From: Acidimicrobiales bacterium
Lineage (GTDB): Bacteria; Actinomycetota; Acidimicrobiia; Acidimicrobiales; VFJN01
NCBI GenBank assembly: GCA_030681555.1
Contig: JAUXRW010000030.1
Span: 22,396-86,395, forward strand
Reading direction: 5' to 3'
Length of the DNA: 64,000 nucleotides
The notes under the pieces were generated by a model that saw nothing but the letters and a program-made list of their open reading frames with translations, did no database searches and was not told where the DNA came from. Within the stretch, counting starts at the first letter, position 1; the number at the start of each line of letters is the position of its first letter. This document shows positions 57,643 to 64,000 of the stretch, piece after piece. The translations under genes and the position numbers were made by a program.

Positions 57643-58847
57643 GCACGCACGCGACGGCCATGGGCGCGTCCGGCGGTGACCGCTGCCCTCTCATGCCCAC
57701 CTACGGCCCGCCGACGCTCCAGCTCGTCCGCGGCGAGGGGTCCTGGGTCTGGGACCGCGACGGCGCGAAGTACCTCGACCTGCTCTCCGGGCTGGCCGTG
57801 ACCAGCCTCGGGCACGCCCACCCGGCGGTCGCCGAAGCCATCGCCGTGCAGTCCCGCACCCTTCTGCACGTCTCCAACCTCTTCGGCACCGAGCCGGGGT
57901 GGGAGGTGGCGCAGACGCTCGATCGCCTGCTGGGCGTAGGACAGCCCGGCTGGCCGGCCGAGGGCATGCGTGGGCAGGTGTTCTTCTGTAACTCCGGCGC
58001 AGAGGCCAACGAGTGCGCGCTCAAGCTGGCTCGCCGCTTCGGCGGCCGGGGCCGCCACGTCGTGGTCAGCGCGTTCGGGTCGTTCCACGGCCGCACGCTC
58101 GCCACCCTCCACGCCACCGGGCAGCCGGCCAAGCACGAGGCGTTCCAACCGCTGCCCGAGGGCTTCCGCCACGTTGCGTGGGACGACCTGGATGCCCTCG
58201 AGGCGGCGCTCGACCCATCCGTGGCGGCCGTCCTGTTGGAACCCGTCCAGGGCGAGGGTGGCGTCAACCCGGCCGATGCGGCGTACTTCCAGGGCGTCCG
58301 ACGGCTCTGCGACGAGCGGGGGATCCTGTTCATGGTGGATGAGGTGCAGACCGGGCTGGCCCGGTGCGGTGCCTGGTTCGCCCACCAGCTGCTCGGGGTG
58401 GAACCCGACGTCGTCACCTTGGCGAAGGCGCTCGGCAACGGGATGCCGATCGGGGCGTGCTGGGCCCGGTCCGAGGTCGCCGCTGCCTTCGAGCCCGGCG
58501 ACCACGCCACAACCTTCGGCGGCCAACCGCTGGCCACCGCCGCGGCCAGGGCGGTGCTGGCCGTGATGGAGGCCGAGAACCTGCCGAACCGCGTGCAGAA
58601 GGCCGGCGACCGGCTCATGACCGCAGCCGCGGCGCTGGACGGGGTCACCGCGGTCCGGGGCCTGGGCCTCCTCCTGGCGTTGGAGCTCGACGGTCGCGAG
58701 TCGAAGGCCGTGACCATTCGCATGCTGGAGCTCGGCGCCATCGTCAACGCCGTCACCCCGACTGCGCTGCGCCTGGCCCCGTCCCTGCTGATCACCGACG
58801 AAGAGATCGACCTGGCGGTCGAGCTGCTCGGGAAGGCGCTCGCATGA
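57639..58847 (+). CDS. argD: Acetylornithine aminotransferase
   Basis: 402 aa. Class III aminotransferase pattern (FF.NSGAEANE.A.KLAR, DEVQTG..R.G, D....AK.LG.G.PIGA). Confidence 0.94.
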   Translation: MSTHATAMGASGGDRCPLMPTYGPPTLQLVRGEGSWVWDRDGAKYLDLLSGLAVTSLGHAHPAVAEAIAVQSRTLLHVSNLFGTEPGWEVAQTLDRLLGVGQPGWPAEGMRGQVFFCNSGAEANECALKLARRFGGRGRHVVVSAFGSFHGRTLATLHATGQPAKHEAFQPLPEGFRHVAWDDLDALEAALDPSVAAVLLEPVQGEGGVNPADAAYFQGVRRLCDERGILFMVDEVQTGLARCGAWFAHQLLGVEPDVVTLAKALGNGMPIGACWARSEVAAAFEPGDHATTFGGQPLATAAARAVLAVMEAENLPNRVQKAGDRLMTAAAALDGVTAVRGLGLLLALELDGRESKAVTIRMLELGAIVNAVTPTALRLAPSLLITDEEIDLAVELLGKALA

Positions 58848-59740
58848 CCCGGCACTTCCTCGAGGTCGACGACCTCAGCGCACCGGAGCTCGCGCGAGTG
58901 CTGCAGCTGGGCCTCGAGCCCGAGCGGCCCCGGATCTTGGCCGGGCAGACGGTCGGCCTGTACTTCGAGAAGCCCTCGCTGCGCACCCGCCACTCGTGCG
59001 AGGTCGCGGTAGCGCAGCTCGGCGGACATCCGGTCACCTTCCGCGCCGAGGAGGTCGGGAGCGACGAGCGGGAGCCGCTGGCCGACATCGCCCGGGTCCT
59101 GGCCGGCTACCACGCCGTGCTGGGCGGCCGCGTGTACTCGCACGCCACCCTGGAGACCTTGGCCGGCGCCTCCGCGATCCCCGTGATCAACCTGCTGTCC
59201 GACCTCGGCCACCCGTGCCAGGCCCTCGCCGACCTGCTCACCATGCAGCAGGAGTGGGGCTCGCTGTCGGGGCACACGGTGGCGTGGATCGGCGACTACA
59301 ACAACGTGGCCCGTAGCCTGTGCCTGGCGGCCGCCCGCACGGGGATGGCCATGCGCGTCGCGAGCCCGCCGGGCTACGGCCCGAAGGACGCGGACGTCGA
59401 GCGGCTCATCGCCGCAGGTATGCCGAGCGCGCCGCACGTCACGTGCCGTCCGGTCGAGGCGGCCGACGGCGCCGACGCGGTCCACACGGATGTCTGGGCG
59501 TCGATGGGCCACGAGGCCGAGGCGGACGCCCGTCGCCGCGCCTTCGAGGGCTTCATCGTGGACGACGCGGTCATGGAGGCCGCACCCAAGGCGATCTTCA
59601 TGCACTGCCTCCCGGCCCACCGCGGCGAGGAGGTGGCCGCGTCCGTCGTCGACGGCGACCGCAGCCGCGTGTTCCCGCAAGCCCACAACCGCCTGCACGC
59701 CTTTCGAGGCCTGTTGCGGTTCCTGATCGAGGAGGCCTGA
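58844..59740 (+). CDS. argF: Ornithine carbamoyltransferase
   Basis: ATG at 58844 (ATGA overlap). FEKPSLRTR.S.E, HPCQALADL, DVW.SMG, HCLPAHRGEE. Confidence 0.95.
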   Translation: MTRHFLEVDDLSAPELARVLQLGLEPERPRILAGQTVGLYFEKPSLRTRHSCEVAVAQLGGHPVTFRAEEVGSDEREPLADIARVLAGYHAVLGGRVYSHATLETLAGASAIPVINLLSDLGHPCQALADLLTMQQEWGSLSGHTVAWIGDYNNVARSLCLAAARTGMAMRVASPPGYGPKDADVERLIAAGMPSAPHVTCRPVEAADGADAVHTDVWASMGHEAEADARRRAFEGFIVDDAVMEAAPKAIFMHCLPAHRGEEVAASVVDGDRSRVFPQAHNRLHAFRGLLRFLIEEA

Positions 59741-60234
59741 TGGCGGCGAAGACCGACGCGCCGGCGAAGGCGCTGGCCAAGCCCCAGCGCCAGCACCGCA
59801 TCGCCCGCCTCCTGGCCGAGCAGGCGGTCACGAGCCAGGCCCACTTGGTCGAGCTACTCGTGGCCGAGGGCGTCTCGGCGACCCAGGCCACCGTGTCGCG
59901 CGACCTCGAGGACCTCGGGGCGATCAAGGTGCGGGTGGCCGGCGGTGAGACCGCCTATGCGATCCCGGAGCTGCCGGCCAGCCAGCGGGCCCCGGAAGAC
60001 CACCTCCGCCGCGTCTTCGGCGACTGGGTCGTCGAGGTGGCGCACTCGGGCAACCTCGTGGTCCTCCGCACGCCGCCGGGGAGCGCACACGTCGTGGGCT
60101 CCGCCCTCGACCGCTCCGGCCTGCCGGCGGTGCTGGGCACGGTCGCCGGAGATGACACCCTGATCGTCGTGGTCAGCGAGGAGGCGGGCGGCGCAGCGGT
60201 GGCGCGCCAGCTCTCCGACCTCGCCGGCCTCTAG
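59740..60234 (+). CDS. argR: Arginine repressor
   Basis: ATG at 59740. Winged-helix region ..Q..L...L...G...TQATVSRDL..LGA.KV. C-terminal oligomerisation/arginine-binding region GT.AGDDT..VV. Confidence 0.92.
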   Translation: MAAKTDAPAKALAKPQRQHRIARLLAEQAVTSQAHLVELLVAEGVSATQATVSRDLEDLGAIKVRVAGGETAYAIPELPASQRAPEDHLRRVFGDWVVEVAHSGNLVVLRTPPGSAHVVGSALDRSGLPAVLGTVAGDDTLIVVVSEEAGGAAVARQLSDLAGL

Positions 60235-60274
60235 CCCTCTTCCGTCCGTCCCAACAGCTCGCAAAGGAACCCAC

Positions 60275-61474
60275 ATGGCCAAGCGCGTCGTCCTCGCCTA
60301 CAGCGGCGGACTGGACACCTCCGTCGCCGTGCGCTGGATGATCGACAACCTCGGCGTCGAGGTCATCGCCCTCGCTGTCGACGTCGGTCAGGCAGCCGAG
60401 GACTATGACGTCGTGAAGGAGCGGGCCCGCGCCGCCGGCGCGGTCGAGGCCCTCGTGGTCGATGCCAAGGAGGAGTACGCAGCGGAGTACTGCATGCCCG
60501 CCCTCGCCGCCAACGCCCTCTACGAGAACCGCTACCCGCTGGTGTCCGCCCTCTCCCGGCCCGTGATCGTGAAGCACCTCGTGGCCGCCGCCCGCGAGCA
60601 CGGCGCCGACGCGGTCGCCCACGGGTGCACGGGCAAGGGCAACGACCAGGTCCGCTTCGAGGTGTCCACCAGGGCGCTGAACCCGGACCTCGAGGTCATC
60701 GCCCCGGTGCGGGGGTGGGGAATGACGCGGGAGGACAGCATCCACTACGCCTACGACCACGACATCCCGATCGTCGCAACGAAGGAGAAGGTGTACTCCA
60801 TCGACGACAACATCTGGGGCCGAGCGATCGAGTGTGGTGAGATGGAGGATCCCTGGAACGTGCCCCCGCCTGGGGTGTGGCTCCTCACGCAGCCGACGGC
60901 GACCGAGAGCGTCGACGTGGTCGTCGGGTTCGACGCCGGGGTGCCCGCGAGCGTGGACGGGGAGGGCCTCACGCCTCTCGGAGTCATCGAGCGCCTCAAC
61001 GCCGTTGTCGGCTCCTACGGCTGCGGGCGCATCGACATGGTCGAGAACCGGCGCGTCGGCATAAAGAGCCGCGAGACCTACGAGTGCCCCGGCAGCCTGG
61101 CCCTCATCCTGGCCCACCGGGATCTCGAGGGGATCTGCCTCGAGCGCGACCTCCAGCGGGAGAAGGCCCGCTTGGAGCCGCGCTACGCGGAGCTCGTCTA
61201 CGACGGGCTGTGGTTCAGCCCGCTGAAGCAGGCGCTGGACGCGTTCATCGCCGAGAGCCAGCGGTTCGTCACCGGTGAGGTGCGGCTCCACCTGTCGCCG
61301 GGCTCCTGCGAGGTCAGCGGCCGGCGCAGCCCGCACAGCCTGTACGACTACGCCCTCGCGACGTACGACGCAGCCGACGAGTTCCGCCACGAGGACTCGG
61401 CCGGCTTCGTGCGTCTCTGGGGCCTGTCGGTCGAGACCTGGGCGGGCACCCAGGGCCACCTCGGCGAGGCCTGA
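60275..61474 (+). CDS. argG: Argininosuccinate synthase
   Basis: 399 aa. VLAYSGGLDTS, HG.TGKGNDQVRFE, ENR..G.KSRE.YE.PG. Confidence 0.97.
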   Translation: MAKRVVLAYSGGLDTSVAVRWMIDNLGVEVIALAVDVGQAAEDYDVVKERARAAGAVEALVVDAKEEYAAEYCMPALAANALYENRYPLVSALSRPVIVKHLVAAAREHGADAVAHGCTGKGNDQVRFEVSTRALNPDLEVIAPVRGWGMTREDSIHYAYDHDIPIVATKEKVYSIDDNIWGRAIECGEMEDPWNVPPPGVWLLTQPTATESVDVVVGFDAGVPASVDGEGLTPLGVIERLNAVVGSYGCGRIDMVENRRVGIKSRETYECPGSLALILAHRDLEGICLERDLQREKARLEPRYAELVYDGLWFSPLKQALDAFIAESQRFVTGEVRLHLSPGSCEVSGRRSPHSLYDYALATYDAADEFRHEDSAGFVRLWGLSVETWAGTQGHLGEA

Positions 61475-62856
61475 TGTCCACCCTGTGGCACGGCCGCTTC
61501 GCCGAGGGCCCGGCGGAGGAGCTGATGGCGTTCACCGTCAGCCTCCCGTTCGACCAGCGGCTGGCCGTCGACGACATCGCCGGCTCCCGCGCCCACCTCG
61601 GCGGCCTGGCTCGAGGCGGGATCATCACCGAGGCGGAGGCCGCCTCGGTGCTCGACGCGCTGGACGCGGTCGAGCAGGAGCTCAGCTCCGGAGCGTTCGC
61701 GTTCGCGCCGTCTGACGAGGACATCCACACCGCGGTCGAACGGCGTGTGACCGAGCTGGCGGGCCCGGCCGGCGCCAAGCTGCACACGGGGCGCAGCCGC
61801 AACGACCAGGTGGCGACCGACCTGCGGCTGTACACGAAACGGGCGCTGAGCGACGTGGGCGCACGGATCGCCGCGCTCCAGGACGTCCTCGCCGATCGCG
61901 CCGCAAAGGTGGGCACGGCCTACCTCCCCGGGTACACGCACCTGCAGCGGGCTCAGCCGGTCAGCCTGGCCCACCACCTGCTGGCCCACGGCTGGGCACT
62001 GGCTCGCGACGTCGACCGGCTGGCGGACTGCCGCCGCCGGGCCGACGTGTCGCCCCTGGGAGCCGGCGCGCTCGCCGGCTCCTCCCTGCCGCTCGATCCG
62101 GCTGGTGTGGCTGCGGACCTGGGCTTCGCCGCGCCCTTCGAGAACAGCCTCGACGCCGTCTCCGACCGCGACTTCGTCGCCGAGGCGCTGTTCGCGCTCA
62201 CGATGGTGGCCGTGCACCTGAGTCGCATCGGCGAGGAGGTCGTGCTGTGGTCGTCCGAGGAGTTCGGCTTCGCCCGGCTCGACGAGGCGTACAGCACGGG
62301 CAGCTCCATGCTGCCGCAGAAGAAGAACCCCGACATCGCCGAGCTGGCGCGCGGCAAGGCGGGTCGCCTCATCGGGAACCTCACGGGCCTGCTCGCCACC
62401 CTGAAGGGCCTGCCCCTCGCCTACAACCGGGACCTCCAGGAGGACAAGGAGCCGCTGTTCGACGCCATCGACCAGATGAGCCTGGCGCTGACCGCCGTCA
62501 CCGGGCTGCTCGCGACCCTGCGCTTCGACATCGAGCGCATGCAGGAGGCCGCGGACACCCCGCAAGCGTCGGCGACGGACCTGGCCGAGCTCCTCGTGGA
62601 GCGAGGCATGCCGTTCCGTGACGCCCACGCAGCGGTCGGCGCGCTCGTGCGGGAGTCCCTCGACGGCGGCGCCCGGCTGTCCGACCTCGTCGCCGCCCAC
62701 CCAGACCTCGGCGCAGACGCGGTGGCGCTGCTCGGCCCAGGCGTGTCGGTCACGCGCCGCACGACCCCGGGAGGGGCCGGGCCGGCGGCCGTCGCCGTGC
62801 AGCTGGCGCGCTTCCGCGCCCGGCTGGACGCGGACGCCTCGCGCTTCGATCCCTGA
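61474..62856 (+). CDS. argH: Argininosuccinate lyase
   Basis: 460 aa. LW.GRF, H.GRSRNDQVATD.RLY, GYTHLQ.AQP, GSSMLPQKKNPD signature. Confidence 0.97.
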   Translation: MSTLWHGRFAEGPAEELMAFTVSLPFDQRLAVDDIAGSRAHLGGLARGGIITEAEAASVLDALDAVEQELSSGAFAFAPSDEDIHTAVERRVTELAGPAGAKLHTGRSRNDQVATDLRLYTKRALSDVGARIAALQDVLADRAAKVGTAYLPGYTHLQRAQPVSLAHHLLAHGWALARDVDRLADCRRRADVSPLGAGALAGSSLPLDPAGVAADLGFAAPFENSLDAVSDRDFVAEALFALTMVAVHLSRIGEEVVLWSSEEFGFARLDEAYSTGSSMLPQKKNPDIAELARGKAGRLIGNLTGLLATLKGLPLAYNRDLQEDKEPLFDAIDQMSLALTAVTGLLATLRFDIERMQEAADTPQASATDLAELLVERGMPFRDAHAAVGALVRESLDGGARLSDLVAAHPDLGADAVALLGPGVSVTRRTTPGGAGPAAVAVQLARFRARLDADASRFDP

Positions 62857-62858
62857 CG

Positions 62859-63464
62859 ATGAGCACGGAGAGCGGTCGACGGCTGCGGGGCGCTCGGCTG
62901 CGTCGGGGCTTCTACCGGCGCGACGCGCGCGTGGTCGCCCCGGAGCTGCTCGGGAAGCTGCTCGTCCGCGGTCCCGTAGCCGCACGGATCGTCGAGGTCG
63001 AGGCCTATTGCGGATCGGAGGATCCCGGCAGCCACGCCTTCCGAGGGCCCACGAAGCGCAATGCCACCATGTTCGGCCCTCCCGGGCATCTTTACGTGTA
63101 CTTCACCTACGGGATGCACTGGTGCGCCAACGCGGTGTGCGGCGAGGACGGCGAAGGCGTGGCCGTCCTCCTCCGGGCGGCCGTGCCGATGCGCGGCCTG
63201 GATGTGATGCGCGAGCGGCGGCCGGCGGCCAAGCGCGACCTCGACCTCCTCCGAGGGCCGGCCCGCCTCTGCCAGGCGTTCGGGATCGACGGCGTCTCCG
63301 ACGGCGCCGACCTCGTCACGGCCGACCGCGAAGTGACGATCGTCGACGACGGCACACCGCCGCTTGCGGCGGTGGTCGGCACCCGCATCGGCCTCACGAA
63401 GGGCGCGGACCTGCCCTGGCGCTGGTGCGCGGCGGACGAGCCCCACGTCTCGCGTCGGCCGTGA
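62859..63464 (+). CDS. mpg: DNA-3-methyladenine glycosylase (Mpg/AAG family)
   Basis: 201 aa. VA..LLGK.LV, I.EVEAY.G..DP.SHA.RG.T.RN..MFG..GH.YVYF.YGMH.C.N.V. Confidence 0.9.
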   Translation: MSTESGRRLRGARLRRGFYRRDARVVAPELLGKLLVRGPVAARIVEVEAYCGSEDPGSHAFRGPTKRNATMFGPPGHLYVYFTYGMHWCANAVCGEDGEGVAVLLRAAVPMRGLDVMRERRPAAKRDLDLLRGPARLCQAFGIDGVSDGADLVTADREVTIVDDGTPPLAAVVGTRIGLTKGADLPWRWCAADEPHVSRRP

Positions 63465-64000
63465 GCGACCCGCTCGTCCGCCACGCGGGATCGGCCGCCT
63501 CGCTCCCTCGATCGGCTGACCTGTCGGCGGCTCGCGCCGCGGTCGAAGGCGCCCTACCTGGCCCGCCCAGCCACGAGGACAACCGAGCCCGCATCCTCGA
63601 CTTCCTCGACGCCCACCCGGATGCACTGGTCCGATCGTGCACGGAGGGGCACCTCACAGGTTCGGCCGCCGTCGTGGACCCGGCATCGCGCCGTCTGCTC
63701 CTGCTCTTCCACACGAAGGTGCGTCGCTGGCTGCAGCCCGGCGGACACGCCGACGGGGAGGGCAACCTGGCGGCGGTGGCGCTCCGCGAAGCCGAGGAGG
63801 AGACGGGCATCGCCGGCCTCGTCGTCGTCACGCCCGCCGTCGACCTCGACGTCCACCTGTTCCAGAACGCCGCCGGCACCGAGCCCGACCATCTTCACCT
63901 CGACGTCCGCCACCTCGTCGTCGCCCCCACCGGCGCTGTCCCGGTCGGCAACCACGAGTCGCAGGGCCTGGCGTGGGTCGCTCTCGACGAGCTGGCAAGG
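63461..64000 (+). CDS. NUDIX hydrolase, N-terminal part; continues beyond the window end
   Basis: Open at the window edge, so absent from the track. My own translation from the GTG at 63461 (GTGA overlap with mpg) reads VSDPLVRHAGS...HLTGSAAVVDP..RRLLLLFHTKVRRWLQPGGHADGEGNLAAVALREAEEETGI, which contains the Nudix box GX5EX7REUXEEXGU. Confidence 0.8.
   Translation, partial: MSDPLVRHAGSAASLPRSADLSAARAAVEGALPGPPSHEDNRARILDFLDAHPDALVRSCTEGHLTGSAAVVDPASRRLLLLFHTKVRRWLQPGGHADGEGNLAAVALREAEEETGIAGLVVVTPAVDLDVHLFQNAAGTEPDHLHLDVRHLVVAPTGAVPVGNHESQGLAWVALDELAR

Overview
This is a very GC-rich (about 70% by eye, not computed) core chromosome segment with actinobacterial-type gene order. It is almost entirely coding: about 66 CDS, all but 9 on the + strand. 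Many genes are joined by stop-start overlaps; I verified at least 18 ATGA/GTGA four-nt overlaps and 7 TGATG one-nt overlaps. Gene order: PLP decarboxylase (partial), two membrane proteins, ptrB | FKBP, hisS-aspS | rarA, DUF948, alaS-ruvX-mltG-aroE-prepilin peptidase | aroC-aroK-aroB-aroQ-M24 peptidase | efp-nusB(HAD fusion)-GNAT | pyrR-pyrB-pyrC | carA-carB-pyrF | mihF-gmk-rpoZ-coaBC-metK-priA | two minus-strand RNA methyltransferases | def-fmt-rsmB | mog-ribD-ribE-ribBA-ribH-hisG-CSD | DUF1844 (minus) | infC-rpmI-rplT-SpoU methyltransferase-PAS histidine kinase-pheS-pheT | Ser/Thr kinase | DUF3039 (minus) | argC-argJ-argB-argD-argF-argR-argG-argH-mpg-NUDIX (partial). I found no rRNA, tRNA, CRISPR array, transposase, integrase or phage gene, and no convincing novel multi-gene system; this is housekeeping DNA. 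The observations worth a second look are regulatory or architectural: (1) priA and a SpoU-family methyltransferase encode conserved N-termini with no ATG/GTG/TTG available, each with an in-frame CTG overlapping the upstream stop (CTGA); (2) a NusB-HAD phosphatase fusion; (3) a PyrR-binding hairpin plus an intrinsic-terminator-like hairpin at pyrR; (4) TGCAT-N4-ATGCA ArgR-type operators in front of argC and inside the pyr operon in front of carA; (5) a 23-nt repeat present as a 25-bp inverted pair at the rsmB stop and as a solo copy at the aspS stop; (6) a 185-bp pheS-pheT spacer with a G7AAC6/G6TTC7 inverted repeat; (7) an infC leader with a terminator-like hairpin, a mini-uORF and a probable AUA start. 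All functional calls come from reading the translated ORFs and motifs by eye. No database search was run.
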